Source of the DNA: Planctomycetia bacterium
GTDB lineage: Bacteria > Planctomycetota > PLA2 > JAEUHO01
Length of the DNA: 46,630 bases
Assembly (NCBI GenBank): GCA_031401505.1
Contig: JANNRO010000063.1
Span: forward strand, 1 to 46,630
Direction of reading: 5' to 3'
The position numbers and the translations under genes were made by a program. Below are positions 9,374 to 16,940 of the stretch, piece by piece. Positions within the stretch are counted from its first letter, which is position 1; the number at the start of each line of letters is the position of its first letter. Below the pieces are notes generated by a model. The model searched no databases, was not told where the DNA came from, and saw only the letters and a program-made list of their open reading frames with translations.

Positions 9374-9390
9374 GTTATACAACGTATAAC
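9374..9390. repeat. AT-rich inverted repeat GTTATAC-AAC-GTATAAC
   Basis: A perfect 7+7 palindrome in a local low-GC patch, 24 nt past the parB stop codon. Confidence 0.6.
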
Positions 9391-9413
9391 CAATCAGCCT
9401 CCTGCGTGGGCCG

Positions 9414-10271
9414 CTACGACACCCCCATCTTCGACAGGATTGCATCGAGCTGCGTGGCGTCGCCGTACGTAACCGTGATCGACCCACCCTTACCCTTCTT
9501 CGCAACGGTCACCTTTGCAGAGAGTGCCAATCGGATTCGATTCTCGAGGTCCGCGAGAAACGGGTCGAGTGCCTGGGCCGCCGCCCCGCGCTTTCGGACT
9601 CCCGGCGTCAGGCGCGCGTAGCGTTCGACGTCCCGCACCGACAGCCCACGCTCAACCGTCAACTGAGCCAACTGACTCCGGCGCGTATCCCCCTGAACCT
9701 GAAGAATCGCTCTGGCCTGCCCGGCCGAGAGTTTGCCGGAGTCAATGTACTCCTGCACGTCCGACGGCAGCTCAAGAAGCCGTACGAGGTTGGCAATGGT
9801 CGCTCGGTCCTTCGAGACGCGCTCGGCCACGACGTCTTGCGTGAGCCCCTGCGTCACCATCATGGATCGCAGGGCGCGTGCCTTCTCGAGAGGGCCGAGA
9901 TCCTCCCGCTGCAGGTTCTCAACCAAGGCAAGGGTCTGCATCGCGGCGTCATCGACCACGCGAACGACCGCGGGAATCTGTTCGAGCCCTAACGCCTTCG
10001 CCGCCCGAAGACGTCGTTCACCAGCAACGAGTTCCAGCCCTTGCGGGCTCCGCCGGACGACGATGGGCTGAAGCACTCCGTGCTCCGCAATGGACGCTTT
10101 CAGCTCGGAGAGTGCGCCCTCATCGAAGTAGCGACGAGGCTGGTATGGGTTCGTTCGAATTTGCGCGACAGGAAGGGAGTCGGCTGACAGCACTTCTTGC
10201 GGTGTAGGGTCCGCAACCGTACTTTGAAGAAGTCCTCCGAGTCCGCGCCCGAGTCGTTTGCCAAGTGTCAT
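9414..10271 (-). CDS. parB: chromosome partitioning protein ParB/Spo0J
   Basis: 285 aa. Matching blocks are NPYQPRR.FDE..L.EL..SI..HGVLQPIVVR, AGERRLRAAKALG and LVENLQREDL, followed by an HTH region. No parA gene is adjacent. Confidence 0.95.
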   Translation of the reverse strand: MTLGKRLGRGLGGLLQSTVADPTPQEVLSADSLPVAQIRTNPYQPRRYFDEGALSELKASIAEHGVLQPIVVRRSPQGLELVAGERRLRAAKALGLEQIPAVVRVVDDAAMQTLALVENLQREDLGPLEKARALRSMMVTQGLTQDVVAERVSKDRATIANLVRLLELPSDVQEYIDSGKLSAGQARAILQVQGDTRRSQLAQLTVERGLSVRDVERYARLTPGVRKRGAAAQALDPFLADLENRIRLALSAKVTVAKKGKGGSITVTYGDATQLDAILSKMGVS

Positions 10272-10330
10272 GGGGGTGCTCCGATCCCTTGAGCATACGC
10301 TCGCCCGCCGACGTCACCGATCCCTACGAA

Positions 10331-10346
10331 TGTTCCACGTGGAACA
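10331..10346. promoter_or_regulatory. parS-like centromere site
   Basis: TGTTCCACGTGGAACA is a perfect 16-bp palindrome. It differs from the canonical TGTTTCACGTGAAACA only at one symmetric position pair. It lies 60 nt upstream of the parB start. Confidence 0.8.
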
Positions 10347-10427
10347 ATTCACCTAAGTCATTATATGTTGGCATGTTGTGTCGTTTCATAGAGTCGCTGA
10401 TCGGCGGCTTGCGTCAGACGTGAGTCC

Positions 10428-11123
10428 ATGGGATCGTGGCGCCCCACCCCCATGTACTCCATTGCTCGTACCTACGCGATTGTCACGCTACGCAGTCCGG
10501 GTGCCTGGTTCGTGGTGCTCGGGGCGGGGTTCCTTGCGTGGGCCGGCATCGCGCTCGACCTGTTTGGGTTCGACGGTTCCGAAGCCCGCTCCATCGGCGT
10601 GGTTGTCGGAACGATCGAGTTGGCGGTGGTGACGCTCGCGGTTCGCGCCCACACGACGGGAATCGCTTCCGCCGAGTCGGAAGGGTTCCAGGCGGCTCTC
10701 CGACACGGCGCCGGTCCAATTCCCGTCGAGCTGGGGCGCACCGTAGGTTCAGCAGCCGGGGCGTTTGCAGTGTCGATGCCCGCGACGATCCTAGTATTTG
10801 CTCTATACAAGTTATTTCCAAGTGAAGGTTGGGGAGGAGTCGGACTCCTGTGCATCGGGCTGGTCGGGGAGGCGTCGCTTGCCGCCGCCTGGGCCGGCTT
10901 CGCGTCCAAGCTCGCGGGACGAGTGGCTGCCATCGCCATCGCGGTGGGGGTGTTCATCGTGGCCCGGTGCAACATCCCCGTGTCCCTGCGGGCGATCCTC
11001 CCGGGGCCGCTACCGCTTTCGACGAGTGCGCTCACGGTGGCAGTGCTTGGCAACGCGCTCGCGACGCTCGGCCTCGTTCTCGCGACGATCGCACTCCCCG
11101 ACTCCGACACGGAACGCGCCTGA
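10428..11123 (+). CDS. hypothetical polytopic membrane protein
   Basis: 231 aa with about 6 hydrophobic segments. I recognised no family. It contains an odd AT-rich codon patch at 10790-10830. Confidence 0.55.
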   Translation: MGSWRPTPMYSIARTYAIVTLRSPGAWFVVLGAGFLAWAGIALDLFGFDGSEARSIGVVVGTIELAVVTLAVRAHTTGIASAESEGFQAALRHGAGPIPVELGRTVGSAAGAFAVSMPATILVFALYKLFPSEGWGGVGLLCIGLVGEASLAAAWAGFASKLAGRVAAIAIAVGVFIVARCNIPVSLRAILPGPLPLSTSALTVAVLGNALATLGLVLATIALPDSDTERA

Positions 11124-11213
11124 CTCCGATGCGGGTCTGCGTCCGGCCCGGGGCGCCCGCCGATGGCGCCCGTACGCTACGAAGGTTCGGCTCCACCCGG
11201 CGCGGAGGAATTC

Positions 11214-11939
11214 GTGCGGTACGCGATCCTCGGGGATATCCACAGCAACGTCGAGGCGCTCGACGCGGTCCTTGAGGCGATGGACCGCGAACACCCCGAG
11301 GCCGTGCTCTGCACCGGTGATCTGGTCGGCTACGGCGCGGCGCCGCGCGAGTGCGTTCGCCGCATCCGGGATCTCGCGCCGAAGGCGATCGTCGCCGGCA
11401 ACCACGATTGGGCCGCGGCGGGGAGGCTGGGTCTCGAGTTCTTCAATGCCTACGCGCGCGAGGCGATTCTCTGGACGCGCACGCGGCTCTCACGCGACGA
11501 CCTCGAGTATCTGGGATCGCGCGAGCCGCTCCAGATCGACGGCACCGTGACGCTCGCGCACGGGACGGTGCACGATCCCGAGCAGTTCGATTATCTCCAG
11601 AGCGCCTATGACGCGCATCTCTCTTTCGCGCGCATGACGACGCCGTTCGCGTTCGTGGGACACAGCCACGTGCCCGTCACGTTCAAGAGCGGCACCGTCA
11701 TCACCTACGTATTGGGCGACGAGATCGACGTCTCCGACGCGGCGCAGGCGCTGATCAACGTCGGCAGCGTGGGACAGCCTCGCGACGAGGACCCGCGCGC
11801 GTCCTTCGGCATCTTCGACGACGTCGAGAAACTCGTGCGCGTCCACCGCGTCGAGTACGACGTCGAGGCCTCGATCGCACGCATCCGTGAAGCGGGCCTC
11901 CCCGAATTCCTCGGAGATCGCCTCCGCATCGGCCGCTGA
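11214..11939 (+). CDS. metallophosphoesterase (YfcE/MJ0936-like calcineurin-fold phosphodiesterase)
   Basis: Motifs are ILGDIHSN, GDLVGYG and GNHD. I preferred GTG 11214 (GGAGGA 4 nt upstream) over ATG 11163 of the same frame. Confidence 0.85.
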   Translation: MRYAILGDIHSNVEALDAVLEAMDREHPEAVLCTGDLVGYGAAPRECVRRIRDLAPKAIVAGNHDWAAAGRLGLEFFNAYAREAILWTRTRLSRDDLEYLGSREPLQIDGTVTLAHGTVHDPEQFDYLQSAYDAHLSFARMTTPFAFVGHSHVPVTFKSGTVITYVLGDEIDVSDAAQALINVGSVGQPRDEDPRASFGIFDDVEKLVRVHRVEYDVEASIARIREAGLPEFLGDRLRIGR

Positions 11940-11957
11940 CGCTCGTTCCTCGTCTCT

Positions 11958-12045
11958 ATTGACTCACGCTCTGTTCCTGACTCCGTTTCACTTGCATTGA
12001 CTCACGAGCACTCGCTCGCCGCATCCCGTTCCCCTTCTGACTCCG
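11958..12045. repeat. direct-repeat array built on TGACTC
   Basis: ATTGACTCACG occurs at 11958-11968 and 11996-12006. (C/T)CTGACTCCG occurs at 11976-11985 and 12036-12045. The plus strand is strongly pyrimidine-rich. The array lies in a 233-nt convergent intergenic gap. Confidence 0.7.
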
Positions 12046-12172
12046 CTCCGTCAGTCTGCCCTCTGACGAGGTCGCCGGCGCGAGACCGCGCAAGCGAGCC
12101 GGACGCGTGGCGGCCTGCTGCGGCCGCGAGCGACCGGATCGCGCAGCCCGGTCCGCGCCCGCGACCTCGCCC

Positions 12173-12796
12173 CTACACGGAGGCGTGAGCAACCGAGACA
12201 GCCGCGCGCATCGGGATCTCGCGCAGACGATTCATGCGCCACGTCCACGCCCGCATGACCGGCTTGGGCCCGGCGCCGCGTCCCACGATCACGAAGACGT
12301 GGGGGAGTGAGTTGGGTGACGACGCGGACCCGGGTCCGAGCGACGCAGACGCGAGACCGGCGATGTCGGCGGCCGAGGGGAACGGCGCCCCGCGCAGGTG
12401 ACCGTGGAACGTGCCGAGGATCGCCATGCCCGCGTCGCGCGAGGCGCGCGCCGCCTCGAGGGCTTCGCGCGTCGAGAGCAGGAAGCCGCGGTCGGGCGTC
12501 ACGTGCGCATTGGGAATCGCGACGGCGTTGCGGATGTGCGCGGTCTCACCGGCACGCCGGCCGACGAGCAGACCGCACGGCTCGGCCTTCGTCGCGCCGT
12601 TCTGACTCGACAGCAACGCGGCCACGGCCTCGGGCTCGATCACGACATGCGTGAAGCGCGGGGGCGCCGGGCGCGGGGGACGAGGGATGAACGCCGCGAC
12701 GGGAGCGGCTGCGCCTTCGGCGGCGGGAGAAACCGGCGTCATGGACGGATCGGTCGGACGGACGGGGGGCACGGAGGCGGGAGGCTCTTGGCTCAT
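12173..12796 (-). CDS. JAMM/MPN+ (Mov34) family metalloprotease with Pro-rich N-terminal extension
   Basis: The catalytic set is E (AEPCGLLVG), HxH (GTFHGHL) and S..D (PSAADI). ATG 12796 overlaps the upstream stop as ATGA (12793-12796). I rejected the longer 333-aa ORF version. Confidence 0.8.
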   Translation of the reverse strand: MSQEPPASVPPVRPTDPSMTPVSPAAEGAAAPVAAFIPRPPRPAPPRFTHVVIEPEAVAALLSSQNGATKAEPCGLLVGRRAGETAHIRNAVAIPNAHVTPDRGFLLSTREALEAARASRDAGMAILGTFHGHLRGAPFPSAADIAGLASASLGPGSASSPNSLPHVFVIVGRGAGPKPVMRAWTWRMNRLREIPMRAAVSVAHASV

Positions 12797-14190
12797 GGGG
12801 TCGAAGTACCTCGGGAAGTCTCGCGCACGTAGGAAAGCTCGGGAGGAAGCGTGTCGAATCCGTCCTCGCCCAGACGGTGATGGAACAGCCGTGCGAGATC
12901 TGCCAGGGGACGTTGATCCCCACGGAAGCGGACCCTCGTCGCGTCGGGGTGACCCGCCGCCAGGAGGATAACGTCCATCAACTGGCGTGCATCGACGGTT
13001 TCGTCCCCCATGCCCATCTCGACGGCCAGACCGTGATGCTGGACGACGCGGACGATCAGTCCGGCGGGGCGCAGGTGGAGCTTGCGCCCGGGGGGCAGTT
13101 CGAGCGTGATCTCGGAGAGCTTCGAGTAGCGCTCGAGCAGCGTCGCCGCGACGACCCGCGCCTCGACGAGGCACCGACCTGCGTTGCCGAGCGCAAACGG
13201 GATCGCAAACGCCAGAAGCTCGCCACGATCGACCAGCGGCGCGATGCGCGCGCGCACGCGGGCACCCCGGACGTCGTCGGAGAGGCGCGCGTTGAGGCGC
13301 AGCACGTAGGCAGCTGCCTCGAAGAGATGTAAGAGGATGCTGACATAGCCACGGAAGACCTTGAGGCCCGGATCGGCCGCTTCGAGGGGCGTCGCGGCGA
13401 CGACGGCGTCGTAGGTGGACTGGATGCCGTGCATGCGCACGCGCAGTTCGTGGACCTTCGCGTCTCCCAGCGTGTCATGCGCGAACGCCGCGACCTCGGC
13501 CGTGGCGCGCGCGTCGGGAACGACCAGCGTCGTAAACTCGTCGGCCAGCGCCAGGAACGCGGTCGCGGTTTCGACGATCCGCTCGCGTTCCCCGATCGAC
13601 TCGGCCACATCGAGATCCTGCGGAAGGCGCCAGCGCGCATCCGCGACGGCCAATTCCTCGCGTGCGTACGGCACGCTCGGGAGCGAGAGGCCCAACGCGA
13701 GCGCCTCCCCCCGCACGGCCGCGAGCACGCCCGTCGTCCGCTCCGAGATGCGTCGAATCCAGAGGTCGAGCTCGGCGCGAAAATCGGCGAGGTCGTCCCG
13801 GTCGCCGAGGTACCGACGGATGCGCGCGCGCAGGTGAAGCAGGGCGTGCACGGCCTTGGCGAGCCAGCGCGCCGCGGAGACGGCCTCGGCGAAGAACGCG
13901 TGCGCGCGATTGCCGCGGGCTCCGACGTCGAGCAATCCGTACTCGAGTCGCTCGGCGACTTCGGTCAGCCTGAGGCAGAACCGGCGCGAGGGTTCGGGCA
14001 GGTTGCTCGCGCGCCAGGTGGCTTCGAGACGCAGCAATTCCTCGGCGTCGCGCGACAGTTTCTCCCGGTAGTCCACCTCGCGCAGCACGCGGTCGAGCGC
14101 GGTCGGGTCGGGCCCGTCGTCGGCGAGGGCCGACGGGACCGACGGCGCGGGGCCACCCCCTCGCGGCGCTTGCGGCTTCGGGTCGGTCAT
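12793..14190 (-). CDS. protein with ~380-aa helical N-terminal region and C-terminal HPr-like phosphocarrier domain
   Basis: The last ~85 aa (ITLELPPGRKLHLRPAGLIVRVVQHHGLAVEMGMGDETVDARQLMDVILLAAGHPDATRVRFRGDQ..LADLARLF) align with HPr, including the His15-equivalent in LHLRPA. The Ser46 position is Gln. The N-terminal region is unassigned. Confidence 0.7.
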   Translation of the reverse strand: MTDPKPQAPRGGGPAPSVPSALADDGPDPTALDRVLREVDYREKLSRDAEELLRLEATWRASNLPEPSRRFCLRLTEVAERLEYGLLDVGARGNRAHAFFAEAVSAARWLAKAVHALLHLRARIRRYLGDRDDLADFRAELDLWIRRISERTTGVLAAVRGEALALGLSLPSVPYAREELAVADARWRLPQDLDVAESIGERERIVETATAFLALADEFTTLVVPDARATAEVAAFAHDTLGDAKVHELRVRMHGIQSTYDAVVAATPLEAADPGLKVFRGYVSILLHLFEAAAYVLRLNARLSDDVRGARVRARIAPLVDRGELLAFAIPFALGNAGRCLVEARVVAATLLERYSKLSEITLELPPGRKLHLRPAGLIVRVVQHHGLAVEMGMGDETVDARQLMDVILLAAGHPDATRVRFRGDQRPLADLARLFHHRLGEDGFDTLPPELSYVRETSRGTSTP

Positions 14191-14232
14191 GGGCCGCGTA
14201 CCGTAGCAAAGACGCGGGGAGCGGAAAGCCCG

Positions 14233-14276
14233 GAGCGCGGGCAGGGTGCAGGAACTTTCTCGGACCGGCTTAGAAT
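14233..14276 (+). promoter_or_regulatory. conserved 44-nt upstream element, copy B (ends in TAGAAT)
   Basis: Sequence is GAGCGCGGGCAGGGTGCAGGAACTTTCTCGGACCGGCTTAGAAT, 33 nt upstream of ATG 14310. The first 20 nt are identical to the minus-strand copy at 22056-22075. Confidence 0.5.
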
Positions 14277-14309
14277 CCGGGGCTCTTCGCTTTCACCGAG
14301 GGTTCCGCC

Positions 14310-14819
14310 ATGACCGAGACTCCCGCCACCGTGTTCCGCTTCGCCGCCGAGGGCGTCGACCTCGAGTTTGCCGGCTCCGAAGACTTCGTCGAGAAGCAAC
14401 TCGCACGTTTTCAGTCGTTTCTTCAGACGGCGGTGGGCGGAAAAGACGTCGCGCCGACCCCGGCCGCGCCCGCCGCCGCCGCGTCGGGCACGCCGACGGC
14501 CGACACCTCCGCGCCCAAGGAAGGCCTCGCCGAGTTCTACGCCAAGCACCCGGTACGTGAGGGGCGCGGCGCGATCCAGGACCGCATCCTCCTCTTCATC
14601 TACTTCCTCCAGAACGTGCAGGGCAAGCGCGAATGCTCGGGCGACGACATCCTCTGGTGCCACCAGCAGGCGGGCGTCTCCGAGCCCAAGAATCTCCACA
14701 ACGCGCTGGGCATCCTGAAGCGCAAGGTCGGCTACCTCCAGGAGGGGACCAAGCGCGGCCTCTACGGACTCTCCCCCGAGGGCAAAGATTACATCGAGGG
14801 GCGATTTCGCGGGCGCTGA
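14310..14819 (+). CDS. hypothetical protein (Ala/Pro linker; C-terminal part possibly winged-helix-like)
   Basis: 169-aa ORF, divergent from the HPr-domain gene. Codon third positions are GC-rich. I recognised no family. Confidence 0.55.
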   Translation: MTETPATVFRFAAEGVDLEFAGSEDFVEKQLARFQSFLQTAVGGKDVAPTPAAPAAAASGTPTADTSAPKEGLAEFYAKHPVREGRGAIQDRILLFIYFLQNVQGKRECSGDDILWCHQQAGVSEPKNLHNALGILKRKVGYLQEGTKRGLYGLSPEGKDYIEGRFRGR

Positions 14820-14826
14820 CCGACCG

Positions 14827-15972
14827 TCACGCGTCGACGCGCGCCGTCGGCACGAAGTCGACCAGCACGCTGTTGAGCACGTCGATGCCGCGCGCGGTGG
14901 CGCGGAGGCGATCCCCCTGTCGGACGAGGGTCCCGTCGGCGATGTGACGCGCGATCGCGGCTTCGTGCTCGAGGCGCGGATCGACGCCGTGGCGGCGTGA
15001 GAGTTCGGCCAGGTCGACGCCTTCGTCGAGGAGCCGAAGCCCCATCATCAACGACTCGAGCAACGCCGAGCGCGCGTCCACGCGCTCTTCGTAGACGCGG
15101 GCACCGCCGCTCTTCGCGATCGCCCTCGCGTAGCCGGCCGGGTCGTCCTCGTTCTTCCAACGCGCACCGCCGACGTGGGAGTGCGCACCGGCCCCGAGCC
15201 CCAGCCATTCGCGATTGCGCCAATAGCCGAGGTTGTGGCGCGACTCTTCGCCCTCGCGCGCGTGGTTGGACACCTCGTAGCGCCGATAGCCCGCGTCCTT
15301 CAGCTGGGCGCAGGCCTCGTTCAAGTGCTTCAGGTCGCGATCGTCGTTCGGCGCCGGCAGCCGCTTCTCGGCCAGCGCCTTCGTGAACGCCGTGCCCTCC
15401 TCGAACGTCAGCACGTAGGTGGACACGTGCTCCGGCGAGAGCGCCACCGCGCGCGCGATGTCGCGCCGCTGCTCGCCGAACGACTGCCCGGGCGTCGAGA
15501 GGATCAGATCGAGCGACACGCGCCGCACGCCACCCTCGCGCAACATCGCCACGCTGCGCACGGCATCGCCCGCGTCGTGGATGCGCCCGAGCACCTTCAG
15601 TCGACGGTCGTCGAAGGACTGGACGCCCAGGCTCACGCGATCGACGCCGTTGCGCGTCAGCGCGCGGATCTTCCCGGGCGTGAACGTGCCGGGATTGGCT
15701 TCGACCGTGAACTCCTCGAGTGCGGAGAGATCGAGGATGGACGCGAGTCCGCCGAGGTAGCGATCGAGCTGGGCCTCGTTCGGATGCGTCGGGGTGCCGC
15801 CGCCCACGAACATCGTGCGGGGCCGCAGTCCGGTCGCGTGCTCGCGGGCCTCGGCGAGCAGGGCGTCCAGATACAGGTCGATCTCGCCGTCGCGTCCCGC
15901 GTGCGAATTGAAATCGCAATACGGGCACTTGCGCGCGCAGAAGGGCACGTGCACGTAGACGTGCTCGATCAC
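14827..15972 (-). CDS. hemW: radical SAM heme chaperone HemW (coproporphyrinogen III oxidase-like)
   Basis: The N-terminus is VIEHVYVHVPFCARKCPYCDF (CxxxCxxC), followed by GGGTP and the HemN_C-like tail. GTG 15972 overlaps the sigma gene stop as GTGA. Confidence 0.9.
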   Translation of the reverse strand: MIEHVYVHVPFCARKCPYCDFNSHAGRDGEIDLYLDALLAEAREHATGLRPRTMFVGGGTPTHPNEAQLDRYLGGLASILDLSALEEFTVEANPGTFTPGKIRALTRNGVDRVSLGVQSFDDRRLKVLGRIHDAGDAVRSVAMLREGGVRRVSLDLILSTPGQSFGEQRRDIARAVALSPEHVSTYVLTFEEGTAFTKALAEKRLPAPNDDRDLKHLNEACAQLKDAGYRRYEVSNHAREGEESRHNLGYWRNREWLGLGAGAHSHVGGARWKNEDDPAGYARAIAKSGGARVYEERVDARSALLESLMMGLRLLDEGVDLAELSRRHGVDPRLEHEAAIARHIADGTLVRQGDRLRATARGIDVLNSVLVDFVPTARVDA

Positions 15973-16874
15973 GCCTTCGGACGTTTCGTCGCCGCCGCGC
16001 GCGCACGGCGAGCCTTCTTGCCGTCCTGCGACGAACGCTCCTCGAGGGCCGTCTTCAACCGCTCGACGGCCGATTTCTCGAGCTGGCGAACGCGCTCCCG
16101 CGAGAGGGTCAGCGCCTTGCCGATCTCGCGCAACGTCATCGGCTCCTCGCGATCGCCGAGCCCGTAGCGCAGTCGCAGCACCTCGGCCTCGCGGGGCGGG
16201 AGCGTCGAGATCCCCTGCGCCAGTTCCTCGCGATCGGCGTCGGTGAATTCCACCAGATCGGGCCGCATGGCGTGCGGATCGGCGATCGCGGCCGCGTCCT
16301 CGAACAGCACGTCGAGCGAGACCGACGCCGAGCCCGACCCCGAGTTGGTCCTGAGCAGCCGGGACAGCAGCCGCTTGCGGGCGGGCGGGCCCTTCATCGC
16401 CTTGGCGACCTCGTCGGGATCGGGGTCGCGGCCCTCGCGCTGCGCGAACGCACGCGCCCAGTTCTTCCAACGCGTCAGTTCCTGCGACATGTGCCGCGGG
16501 ATGCGGACGGTCTTGGCCGAATTGACGATCCCGCGGCGGATCGCCTGCTCGATCCACCACGTCGCGTACGTCGAGAACCGGATGCCGCGCTCGGGATCGA
16601 AGAGCTCGGAGGCGTGGATGAGACCGAGGTTGCCGTCCTCGACGAGATCGGGCAGCACGAGTCCGCGCCCGACCCAGTGCTTGGCGACCGAAACGACCAG
16701 CCTCAAGTTGCGGCGGATCAACTGCTGACGGGCCTCGCCCTGCTCGGACAGGTCGAGCTTGGGATCGTGCATCTTTCGCGCCAGCGCGCGCTCTTCGGGG
16801 CCGGTCAGCAACCCGTCGAGTTGGATCTCGCGCAGATAGGTATCGAACGGCGTTTCGCGGCGCGTGCCCGGCAT
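15969..16874 (-). CDS. RNA polymerase sigma factor, sigma-70 family (regions 2-4, no region 1.1; group 2/3-like)
   Basis: Matching blocks are LIRRNLRLVVSVAKHW, DLVEDGNLGLIHASELFDPERGIRFSTYATWWIEQAIRR and region 4 MTLREIGKALTLSRERVRQLE. The tail is basic. Confidence 0.9.
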   Translation of the reverse strand: MPGTRRETPFDTYLREIQLDGLLTGPEERALARKMHDPKLDLSEQGEARQQLIRRNLRLVVSVAKHWVGRGLVLPDLVEDGNLGLIHASELFDPERGIRFSTYATWWIEQAIRRGIVNSAKTVRIPRHMSQELTRWKNWARAFAQREGRDPDPDEVAKAMKGPPARKRLLSRLLRTNSGSGSASVSLDVLFEDAAAIADPHAMRPDLVEFTDADREELAQGISTLPPREAEVLRLRYGLGDREEPMTLREIGKALTLSRERVRQLEKSAVERLKTALEERSSQDGKKARRARAAATKRPKA

Positions 16875-16940
16875 GGGGGTGACTGTACGCTACGGACGCT
16901 CGTCTCCAATCGCGGACGGGCGCGCGCGGCGGGCCCCTGT

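Noticed and set aside
12797-13174. N-terminal extension of the JAMM ORF (the 333-aa version starting at 13174), and similar long N-terminal extensions of the 3171, 5636, 14827-17196, 16941-18485, 18885-21128 and 22099-23004 ORFs.
   Set aside because: The extensions are Arg/Pro-rich and overlap the upstream gene in another frame. They precede internal starts that sit on stop-start overlaps or have SD sequences. I used the shorter gene models.
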